Source: Actinomycetes bacterium (GTDB taxonomy: Bacteria > Actinomycetota > Actinomycetes > S36-B12). Taken from it: a DNA stretch of 35,140 nt. Numbering within the stretch: position 1 is the first letter of the stretch; every line of letters begins with the position of its first letter. Where the stretch lies: NCBI GenBank assembly GCA_037143955.1, contig JBAWXR010000003.1:1-35140 (forward strand), in the 5' to 3' direction. Shown piece after piece: positions 28,283 to 35,140 of this stretch. Under the pieces are notes generated by a model that saw only the letters and a program-made list of their open reading frames with translations, searched no databases and was not told the origin of the DNA. The position numbers were made by a program, and so were the translations under genes.

Positions 28283-28846
28283 CTAGCGTTCCAAGAGCGC
28301 CGGAGTCGCGCCCACCACCAGGGCGCGCACCTGCGCGAGCACATCGGCTACGTCCTGATCGTCCGGGACGGTCACCAGAAGAACCTCGGCGCCTGCGCGT
28401 GCCAGCTCAAGAACCTGTTCCTGCGCTTGCTCAAAAGTGCCAAAGATTCCGCACACGCGTGGGTGGGCATCGCCCACAAACCGTGGGTCGCGATCGGCCC
28501 GCGCCTCAGCCTCGTTCAACGTGCGCCCCAGCGAGATGGGCACGGCAACGATAAGAGGACGGTTGTCTTCAGCAGCATCCAAGAGCGCGCGCACCCGTCG
28601 AACTTCAACGGGGTCATTGCGGCGCACAATTCCGTCAGCGAGCGCACCGTCATCCACCACCACCATGGCGGGCTCAGCGGCGTCCATGATCTGCTCGATC
28701 TCAGCCGGATCGACACATCCGTCTGCGGCCAAAGGCAGATGAATGGCCGTGAATCCCAGCCGAGCCGCCAGGCGCGCCATATGCGCATGCTCGGCCAGCG
28801 ATTGATCCGGATGAAGCATCACCGCAAGATCAAGTAATTGCTCCAT
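28283..28846 (-). CDS. Shortened luciferase-like (LLM-class) protein, 187 aa
   Basis: N-terminal MARLAARLGFTAIHL and C-terminal IFGTFEQAQEQVLELARAGAEVLLV resemble the ends of LLM flavin oxidoreductases; AAGGAA RBS before ATG 28846. Confidence 0.55.
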   Translation of the reverse strand: MEQLLDLAVMLHPDQSLAEHAHMARLAARLGFTAIHLPLAADGCVDPAEIEQIMDAAEPAMVVVDDGALADGIVRRNDPVEVRRVRALLDAAEDNRPLIVAVPISLGRTLNEAEARADRDPRFVGDAHPRVCGIFGTFEQAQEQVLELARAGAEVLLVTVPDDQDVADVLAQVRALVVGATPALLER

Positions 28847-28891
28847 GTGCATTCCTTCCGGCCGGGCGCGATAGGTCTCTAGGCTGGCACG

Positions 28892-30235
28892 GTGTCCGCT
28901 CCCCCGGCAAATGTGCCCGCGCTCCAAGCGGTGCCGCACGCGGTCACGACTCTCGTCGATCGATTACGGCGAGGCGGACTGCCCGTCTCCACCAGTGAGA
29001 CGCTGGATGCCATCGCGGCCGTTCAGCGTATGGATCTGTCACAGCGCCAAGACGTGCGGACTGCCCTGAAGTCCACATTGGTCAAAGACTCCACGCACGA
29101 TGTCTTGTTCATGCGTGCCTTCGAGTCGGTCTTTCCCCGCCAAGCCCGTATGCGGGCTCAGACCGAGCAAACAGACGACGCCGTGCTCACCGACCTCGTA
29201 GACGCACTTCGCGATGCCGACGACGAGCGAGTCGACGACCTACTTGACGAGGCCATCGATCGATTTGGCGGTGACGACACAGATGGACGCAGCGCCGGCT
29301 ATCACGCCAACCGCACCCTTCGCCGGATGAACGTGCCGGATCTGTACCGGCGATACCTCGAACAAGAATCCGGCTCGACTGAACTCGATCGCGCGATCAA
29401 CACAGCCGAAGCAACGTTGGCCATGGAACAGATGCGCCGGCGGCTGGACGACCTTGTCTCAGGACGCATTCGCGAAGACCAACTGTCCATGCAGGCGCTG
29501 GAAGACCCTGAGGATCGGCCTCTTCTATCGGCCGGCCCGGATGAATTGGCAGCCATGCGATTGGCGATGCGCCCGTTGGCTCGTCGCCTCGCCACGCGTC
29601 TAGGCAATCGGCGCAGACGCGGAACGTCCGGCTTGGACATGAGGCGCACCATTCGAGCATCCATGGGCACGGGTGGCGTGCCGGTGACACCGGTGCTGCG
29701 ACGCAAGCGCCCGACAAAGCCCGATCTTGTAGTGCTGTGCGACGTGTCGGGGTCAACCGCTCAGTTCGCGCCCTTCACATTGACCCTCCTGCACGCCATT
29801 CATCAGGAATTCAACCGCGTGCGCTCGTTCGTCTTTATTGACGGCGTCGTGGAGATCACCGACATTCTTGCCAACAGCCCGGGAGTTCTTGACCCGAAGG
29901 CCTTGCTGTCACGTCAGGGCCTGGTCGCCAAGGATGGACGTAGCGACTACAAGCGTGCGTTCGCGACATTCTTGGATCGGTGGAACGACGCAGTCTCAGC
30001 CAAGACCACGGTGATCATTGCGGGCGATGCCCGTTCACACGATCGATTGCCCGCTACCGCTGAGATCGCCGAGCTCGCCCATCGCGCACGCAGGCTCTTC
30101 TGGCTCAACCCCGAGACTCGCAGCGAGTGGGACCTGCTCGACTCACGGGCCACGGAGTACGGCAACCACTGCACCAATACCTTCGAAGTGGCCACCATCA
30201 GAGACCTCATCAGTGCGGTGACGCAGATCGTGTAG
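28892..30235 (+). CDS. CoxE-like VWA domain protein
   Basis: LRRGGLPVSTSETLDA N-terminus, LDMRRTIRASMGTGGVP, LVVLCDVSGST (MIDAS), RSFVFID, IAGDAR, FWLNPE; TAGGCT-N6-GTG. Confidence 0.88.
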   Translation: MSAPPANVPALQAVPHAVTTLVDRLRRGGLPVSTSETLDAIAAVQRMDLSQRQDVRTALKSTLVKDSTHDVLFMRAFESVFPRQARMRAQTEQTDDAVLTDLVDALRDADDERVDDLLDEAIDRFGGDDTDGRSAGYHANRTLRRMNVPDLYRRYLEQESGSTELDRAINTAEATLAMEQMRRRLDDLVSGRIREDQLSMQALEDPEDRPLLSAGPDELAAMRLAMRPLARRLATRLGNRRRRGTSGLDMRRTIRASMGTGGVPVTPVLRRKRPTKPDLVVLCDVSGSTAQFAPFTLTLLHAIHQEFNRVRSFVFIDGVVEITDILANSPGVLDPKALLSRQGLVAKDGRSDYKRAFATFLDRWNDAVSAKTTVIIAGDARSHDRLPATAEIAELAHRARRLFWLNPETRSEWDLLDSRATEYGNHCTNTFEVATIRDLISAVTQIV

Positions 30236-30264
30236 CGCGGCCCGAACCCGTGAGGCCGATACGA

Positions 30265-31455
30265 CTACACGCGCTCGATCACCATCGCGGCACCCTGGCC
30301 CACGCCAATGCATAGCGACGCGACGCCATATCGACCACCTGTGCGCTCCAGGTGTCCGATCAGGGTGATCAGAATTCGGGAGCCACTGGACCCGAGCGGA
30401 TGACCCAGAGCAATGGCTCCACCGACGGGATTGAGTTGCTCACGAGCAAGTCCGAGGGCTCGCTCGCATGTGATGACCTGCGCGGCAAAAGCCTCGTTGA
30501 TCTCGACCGAATCGATCTGATCAAGTGTGAGGCCAGCGCGTTCGACCGCCATACGAATCGCGGGAACCGGACCCATCCCGAACAGGCTTGGCTCTACTCC
30601 GGCGACTGCGTAGGACACGACGCGCGCTCGAGGGGTCAGTCCCTGAGCGGCTGCGGATTCTTCGGAAGCCACCACCAATGCCGACGCACCGTCGGACAAC
30701 GGAGACGAATTGCCAGCGGTGACGACGCCGTCGGCGGTGAAGGCCGGACGAAGCTTGGCCAGACCCTCGCGAGTGGTGTCGGCGCGAACAGTCTCATCCC
30801 GGGTGAACTCACCGGACTTGGTGGGCACAGCAACAATGTCTGCGTCAAAGAATCCGGCGTCCCAGGCCGCCGCCGCGAGTCGCTGTGAGCGCTGCGCGTA
30901 TTCGTCACTGTCCTCGCGTGACACATTGTGAAGACGTGCGAGTTTCTCGGTGCATTCACCCAGTCCCAACGTGGCATCTCCGGCGTCGACGTCGCGCATT
31001 CTGGGATTGATGAAGCGCCACCCGAGTGCTGTGTCGAAGACCTCGCCAGGCTTCGCCCACGCACTTCCCGGCTTCGCCATGACCCATGGCGCCCGGGTCA
31101 TCGACTCCACACCGCCGGCCACGATCGTGCGCGCGTCGCCGCTGCGCACAGCCTGCGCCGCCGACGCGACGGCCTGGAGTCCAGAGGCGCACAAGCGATT
31201 GACGGTGTAACCGGGAACCGTGACGGGAAGGCCCGCGAGCAGTACAGCCATGCGGGCCACATTGCGATTGTCGTCACCAGATTGATTTGCAGCGCCAAGA
31301 ATTGCGTCGTCAATCGTCTCGGGGGAAGCACCGGTGCGACGAATGACTTCGCCGACGACGAGGGCAGCGAGGTCGTCCGCTCTCACGCCCGCAAGCGCAC
31401 CGCCATACCGCCCGACAGGCGTGCGCACTCCGCCGACAAGGAAAGCCTCACTCAT
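30265..31455 (-). CDS. pcaF: 3-oxoadipyl-CoA thiolase (PcaF/PaaJ type)
   Basis: RTPVGRYGGALAGVRADDLAA, NQSGDDNRNVARM, NRLCASG (Cys), ESMTRAP, DTALGWRF.NP, NEAFA, GHPLG, CIGVGQG. Confidence 0.88.
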   Translation of the reverse strand: MSEAFLVGGVRTPVGRYGGALAGVRADDLAALVVGEVIRRTGASPETIDDAILGAANQSGDDNRNVARMAVLLAGLPVTVPGYTVNRLCASGLQAVASAAQAVRSGDARTIVAGGVESMTRAPWVMAKPGSAWAKPGEVFDTALGWRFINPRMRDVDAGDATLGLGECTEKLARLHNVSREDSDEYAQRSQRLAAAAWDAGFFDADIVAVPTKSGEFTRDETVRADTTREGLAKLRPAFTADGVVTAGNSSPLSDGASALVVASEESAAAQGLTPRARVVSYAVAGVEPSLFGMGPVPAIRMAVERAGLTLDQIDSVEINEAFAAQVITCERALGLAREQLNPVGGAIALGHPLGSSGSRILITLIGHLERTGGRYGVASLCIGVGQGAAMVIERV

Positions 31456-32321
31456 GCCTGCCCCAACCTCAATTGCTCGCGGACCTTGGCGCGATCGGTT
31501 TGGTGCTTGAGCACCACACCTAATGTCTGCTCCACCACCGCATCGGTGAGTTCCTGAACTCCCAGCGCCTGCATGGTGCGTGCCCAGTCGATCGTCTCGG
31601 CGACACTCGGCGGCTTACGCAGATCCTGAACGCGCATGGCGCGGATCGCACGCACAAGAGCGATCGTGAGATCTTCGGCGATCTCCGGCACTCGCGACAT
31701 CACGATGGCGCGTTCGCGTTCGGCATCGGGGTAGTCCACGTGCGCATAAAGACAACGCCTCTTCAACGCCTCGGAGAGTTCGCGCGTTGCATTTGAGGTG
31801 AGCACGACGAACGGCTGCGATGTGGCCTTGACCGTGCCGAGTTCAGGGATCGTGACCTGGAATTCGCTGAGCACTTCGAGGAGGAGACCTTCGACTTCGA
31901 CATCGGCCTTGTCAGTCTCATCGATGAGAAGAACCGTGGGTCCCTCACTTCTGATCGCCTGCAGGAGTGGGCGAGGCAGCAGGAACTCCTCGGCGAAGAT
32001 GTCGTCGTGCAGCTGCGACCATGCAGCGCCCTGATCCTGAGCAGCTTGAATCCGCAGAAGCTGCTTGCGGTAGTTCCATTCGTAGAGCGCGCGAGCCTCG
32101 TCGAGCCCTTCGTAGCACTGCAGGCGCACAAGCGTGGCTCCTTGCGCTTGAGCGACAGCTTTCGCGAGTTCAGTCTTGCCCGTGCCGGCCGGTCCTTCGA
32201 GGAGGATCGGCTTGCCGAGCGCATCGCCGAGAAACACGACGGTGGCCAGTTCGTCATCGACGAGATAGCCCGTGGCAGCAAGGCGATCGCGAGCATCCTC
32301 AATGGAGGAGAAGTGGACCAC
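31452..32321 (-). CDS. MoxR-family AAA+ ATPase (CoxD-like)
   Basis: LLEGPAGTGKTELAK, RLQCYEGLDE..ALYEWNY.KQLL, LLIDETDKAD, LTSNATRELSEALKRRC, PSVAETIDWA; GAGGAG RBS; ATGA overlap with the thiolase. Confidence 0.92.
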   Translation of the reverse strand: MVHFSSIEDARDRLAATGYLVDDELATVVFLGDALGKPILLEGPAGTGKTELAKAVAQAQGATLVRLQCYEGLDEARALYEWNYRKQLLRIQAAQDQGAAWSQLHDDIFAEEFLLPRPLLQAIRSEGPTVLLIDETDKADVEVEGLLLEVLSEFQVTIPELGTVKATSQPFVVLTSNATRELSEALKRRCLYAHVDYPDAERERAIVMSRVPEIAEDLTIALVRAIRAMRVQDLRKPPSVAETIDWARTMQALGVQELTDAVVEQTLGVVLKHQTDRAKVREQLRLGQA

Positions 32322-32380
32322 CGAGACTCCTCACGTGACGATCAGTGATGTGCGCGGCACTCTGCCAGCGGTAACACTAC

Positions 32381-32770
32381 TTACTGGCGTGTGCGCCCAC
32401 CAGCGAGCAGCAGAACGACGTAGACGATGACGAAGATGCCGCCAAAGGCGAGGTACGCCCAGCGCACGGGTGTCCAATCCGCGGGGATCACCAGCGTAAG
32501 GATGGTCATGGTCCCGCCAGCGACGATCATGACGCCCGCTGCAGCTCGCACCGAGGCGTCGCCCGCTCGACGCACCAACCACATCTGGCCGGACAGACCC
32601 AGCAGGCAGGCGCCGATCATGCGCATGGCCCAGTCCACGGCATCGCTGTCGGGCAAGCCGAGTGCGGTCGCGAACATTCCCGGCGCCAAGAGCAGGAACA
32701 GCGCCGACACAAAGAAGACCGCTGACCCGAGGGCCAGCACGATTCGGATGAGGCGCGTTGCATTCGTCAT
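32381..32770 (-). CDS. Small four-helix membrane protein of unknown function
   Basis: 129 aa with four hydrophobic segments; ATG overlaps the ideR stop (ATGA 32767-32770). Confidence 0.7.
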   Translation of the reverse strand: MTNATRLIRIVLALGSAVFFVSALFLLLAPGMFATALGLPDSDAVDWAMRMIGACLLGLSGQMWLVRRAGDASVRAAAGVMIVAGGTMTILTLVIPADWTPVRWAYLAFGGIFVIVYVVLLLAGGRTRQ

Positions 32771-33465
32771 GTCTCGACGGTACTCCCGAGTTCGACGAGA
32801 AGGTGGCTGGTGACCTCATCTGAGAGTTCGGCGTATTCACCCGCGCTACCAACGGTGATGCCGCCCGGCGACCGATGGACCGTGACCGATGCGCCGGGCA
32901 TGGCCCCCACTCGATGAAGCAGCGTCATGACACTTGAATTGTCCTGCAGGGGCTCGGCGATGCGTCGGACGATGACACGTCGTACGTCAATGGCTGCAAC
33001 GTCAGATAGCGGCGCCATGGCCCCGTGTGCCATCGCAACAGATCCCGGCACAAGTTCGTCCAGCCCCGGAATCGGATTGCCATAGGGGGACGTCGTTGGC
33101 TCATGCAGGAGCTCATAGACGCGACGTTCCACCGACTCGCTCATGACGTGTTCCCAGCGACATGCTTCCGCGTGGACCTCTTCCCATGGCATCCCCAGCA
33201 CTTCGACCAACAAACACTCAGCGAGCCTGTGCTTTCGCATGACCCGCACCGCTGCCTCGCGACCCGCGGGCGTGAGTTCGAGCTGGCGGTCATCGCCCAC
33301 GACCACGAGCCCGTCGCGCTCCATACGGGCCACGGTCTGCGACACGGTGGGACCGGACTGGCTCAACCGCTCGGCGATGCGGGCGCGCATGGGGACCACA
33401 CCCTCCTCTTCCAACTCGAAGACGGTGCGCAGGTACATCTCGGTGGTGTCGATCAGGTCACTCAT
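32767..33465 (-). CDS. ideR: DtxR/IdeR iron-dependent transcriptional repressor
   Basis: DLIDTTEMYLRT..ELEEEGV.P.RARIAERL.QSGPTVSQTVARMERDG, MRKHRLAE, VHAEACRWEHVMS, SPYGNPIPGL, C-terminal SH3/FeoA-like domain. Confidence 0.93.
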   Translation of the reverse strand: MSDLIDTTEMYLRTVFELEEEGVVPMRARIAERLSQSGPTVSQTVARMERDGLVVVGDDRQLELTPAGREAAVRVMRKHRLAECLLVEVLGMPWEEVHAEACRWEHVMSESVERRVYELLHEPTTSPYGNPIPGLDELVPGSVAMAHGAMAPLSDVAAIDVRRVIVRRIAEPLQDNSSVMTLLHRVGAMPGASVTVHRSPGGITVGSAGEYAELSDEVTSHLLVELGSTVET

Positions 33466-33540
33466 GGCTCACCCCCTTGTGCGGTCGGCCCCAACCTAGC
33501 GCCGCGTGCGCACCCGTGACCCTCCACCTAGCCTTGACCC

Positions 33541-34881
33541 ATGCCCCGGGTGATGTGGTTCCGCCGCGATCTGCGGTTGGCAGACAACCCTGCCCTGCTG
33601 GAAGCGACGGCCACCGGCGCCGCGATTCCGCTCTTTGTCTTCGATCCCCGACTGTGGGGCGCAAGCGGTTCGGTACGACAGGCCTATTTATTGCGATCAC
33701 TGGCGGCCTTTCAGGAGTCACTCAACGGACAACTCGTGATCCGCTGCGGCGACCCGGTCACGGTCGTACCCGAGATTGCCCGTGAGTGCGGCGCCGAGTC
33801 AGTGCACATCGCCGCAGATTTCGGTCCCTACGGTGCTCAACGGGATGACGCGGTCGCCGTTGCCCTCGGCGAGGTACAGCTCGTACGCACGGGGTCGCCC
33901 TACGCCGTCGCTCCCGGACGCATACTCAAAGATGACGGCACCGCTTATCGCGTGTACACACCTTTTTACAAGGCATGGATGAAACATGGCTGGCGCGCAC
34001 CCGCTGAGGATGCAGACGTGTCGGCCATATCCGCAGCCGATCTCGCCTCCGACGCATGGCCCAGCGAACCCGACCTCGACGGCATCGTCTTGCCACCGGC
34101 AGGCGAACGGGCCGCCTGGGCCACGTGGGAGTCCTTTCGTCATGCGCGTTTGGCGTCCTACGCCGATCAGCGCAATCTGCCGGGCATTGATGGCACCAGC
34201 ACCCTGAGCCATCACCTCAAATATGGCGAAGTGCACCCGCGGTCATTGCTTGCCGAGTTGGGCGAAAGCGACGAAGTCTTTCGCAAGGAGATCTGCTGGC
34301 GAGAGTTCTATGCGGACATACTCGCGCAACGACCCGACAGTGTGAGTCGCTCACTCGATGCTCGATACGACGAGAACATGCGCTGGGCGAGCGGGCCCGA
34401 TGCAGACGCACTCTTCGAAGCGTGGTCACTCGGCCGCACGGGGTATCCGTTTGTTGATGCCGGCATGCGCCAACTTCTCGCAGAGGGGTGGATGCACAAT
34501 CGCGTGCGGATGGTTGTCGCGTCCTTCTTCGTCAAAGACCTTCACCTACCGTGGCAGCGGGGGGCTCAGTACTTCATGCAGTTGCTTCGTGACGGCGATA
34601 TCGCAAGCAATACGCACGGGTGGCAGTGGACCGCAGGCTGCGGGACTGACGCGTCACCGTTCTATCGGGTGTTCAACCCCATCCTGCAGGGCGAGAAGTT
34701 CGATCCCGATGGGGCATACGTGCGTCGCTACATCCCCGAACTCGCCCACCTGTCAGGGGCAAAAGCGCACGAGCCATGGGATTGCCTTGACGGTTACGCG
34801 CAGGGATACCCCGAACGCATCGTGGATCACGCGGTTGAGCGCGATGTCGCGCTTGCAGACTTCGCCCGCATCAAGCGTTAG
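33541..34881 (+). CDS. phr: Deoxyribodipyrimidine (CPD) photolyase
   Basis: WFRRDLRLADNPAL, YRVYTPF, TSTLS.HL.YG, WREFY, GRTGYPFVDAGMRQL..EGWMHNRVRM, DGDIASN..GWQW.AG.G.DA.P..RVFNP; TAGCCT-N6-ATG. Confidence 0.93.
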   Translation: MPRVMWFRRDLRLADNPALLEATATGAAIPLFVFDPRLWGASGSVRQAYLLRSLAAFQESLNGQLVIRCGDPVTVVPEIARECGAESVHIAADFGPYGAQRDDAVAVALGEVQLVRTGSPYAVAPGRILKDDGTAYRVYTPFYKAWMKHGWRAPAEDADVSAISAADLASDAWPSEPDLDGIVLPPAGERAAWATWESFRHARLASYADQRNLPGIDGTSTLSHHLKYGEVHPRSLLAELGESDEVFRKEICWREFYADILAQRPDSVSRSLDARYDENMRWASGPDADALFEAWSLGRTGYPFVDAGMRQLLAEGWMHNRVRMVVASFFVKDLHLPWQRGAQYFMQLLRDGDIASNTHGWQWTAGCGTDASPFYRVFNPILQGEKFDPDGAYVRRYIPELAHLSGAKAHEPWDCLDGYAQGYPERIVDHAVERDVALADFARIKR

Positions 34882-35075
34882 TGCTGTGTAGTCGTCGCAC
34901 CCGGCTGTGGGATCACGTCTTCAAGAGCCTGCGCGATGTAAGCCTCGTTTATCCAGCGGCCGCTCGGGTCAAAGTAAGAAGAGGTATCCATATCAAGGTA
35001 GCCACCGAGGTCAACATCGCCTGCCTTGACCTGAGCCAGCATGGCAGCGATCGCATCCGCGTCAACCTTTTCCAT
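34878..35075 (-). CDS. Small acidic protein, possible antitoxin
   Basis: 65-aa ORF with AAGGGGAG RBS; start overlaps the end of the upstream toxin-like frame; no family motif recognised. Confidence 0.5.
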   Translation of the reverse strand: MEKVDADAIAAMLAQVKAGDVDLGGYLDMDTSSYFDPSGRWINEAYIAQALEDVIPQPGATTTQH

Positions 35076-35140
35076 GTTCTCCCCTTCGAAAGTGAACAGG
35101 CATGGCGTGTATTACGAAGAGTCGTCCCGGGTCGACGATC
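35062..35140 (-). CDS. C-terminal fragment of a probable BrnT/RelE-like toxin (runs in from outside the window)
   Basis: Manual translation from 35139: IVDPGRLFVIHAMPVHFRRGEHGKG-stop; VIHAMP followed by basic residues resembles the C-terminus of small actinobacterial RelE/BrnT-fold toxins. Confidence 0.5.
   Translation of the reverse strand, partial: IVDPGRLFVIHAMPVHFRRGEHGKG

Noticed and set aside
5998-32321. RavA-ViaA-LdcI-like system (MoxR + VWA + lysine decarboxylase in one window)
   Set aside because: Genes are more than 20 kb apart, the ATPase is a short CoxD type without a RavA LARA region, and the decarboxylase lacks the wing domain of LdcI.
28892-32321. CO dehydrogenase (cox) cluster
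   Set aside because: No coxL/M/S, coxG or xdhC-like genes are present in the window.
15784-32380. Catabolic cluster as a mobile genomic island
   Set aside because: No integrase, transposase, tRNA or flanking direct repeats seen and no obvious compositional shift by eye; comparative genomics would be needed.
32331-32852. 173-aa alternative minus-strand ORF
   Set aside because: Overlaps ideR and the hydrophobic 129-aa ORF in another frame; Arg-rich composition typical of a non-coding frame.
33490-33540. IdeR box upstream of ideR/photolyase (ACCTAGCCTTGACC)
   Set aside because: Matches only part of one half of the TTAGGTTAGCCTAACCTAA-type palindrome; better explained as the -10 hexamer of the photolyase gene.
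1-35140. CRISPR arrays, rRNA/tRNA genes, long tandem repeats
   Set aside because: None seen; intergenic gaps are all under about 160 bp and lack repeat periodicity or cloverleaf motifs (by eye only).

Overview
High-GC actinobacterial chromosomal segment (MmpL, IdeR, Rv3719/Rv3720-like pair, many apparently leaderless genes), densely coding, with no rRNA, tRNA, CRISPR or transposase detected by eye. The left part (1-15.8 kb) is mixed housekeeping/accessory: two MFS transporters, a secreted matrixin-like metalloprotease, a phytoene-dehydrogenase-like FAD oxidoreductase, a secreted clan-A glycoside hydrolase, a coupled CPA1 antiporter/Orn-Lys-Arg decarboxylase pair, a DODA/LigB-type dioxygenase with a perfect operator palindrome, MmpL, and a 10-methyl fatty acid (tmsAB/bfaAB-like) pair. 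The centre (15.8-32.3 kb) is a hydroquinone/hydroxyquinol catabolic cluster. It encodes a two-subunit cupin hydroquinone 1,2-dioxygenase, 4-hydroxymuconic semialdehyde dehydrogenase, 3-oxoadipate CoA-transferase, maleylacetate reductase, a Liv-type ABC importer, an intradiol hydroxyquinol dioxygenase and a divergent PcaR-like IclR regulator with tandem boxes. Next to it lie a shortened luciferase-like protein and a MoxR AAA+/VWA chaperone pair split around, and coupled to, pcaF. The right end has ideR, a photolyase and the edge of a probable BrnT/RelE-like toxin-antitoxin pair. All product calls come from motif recognition, not database searches.
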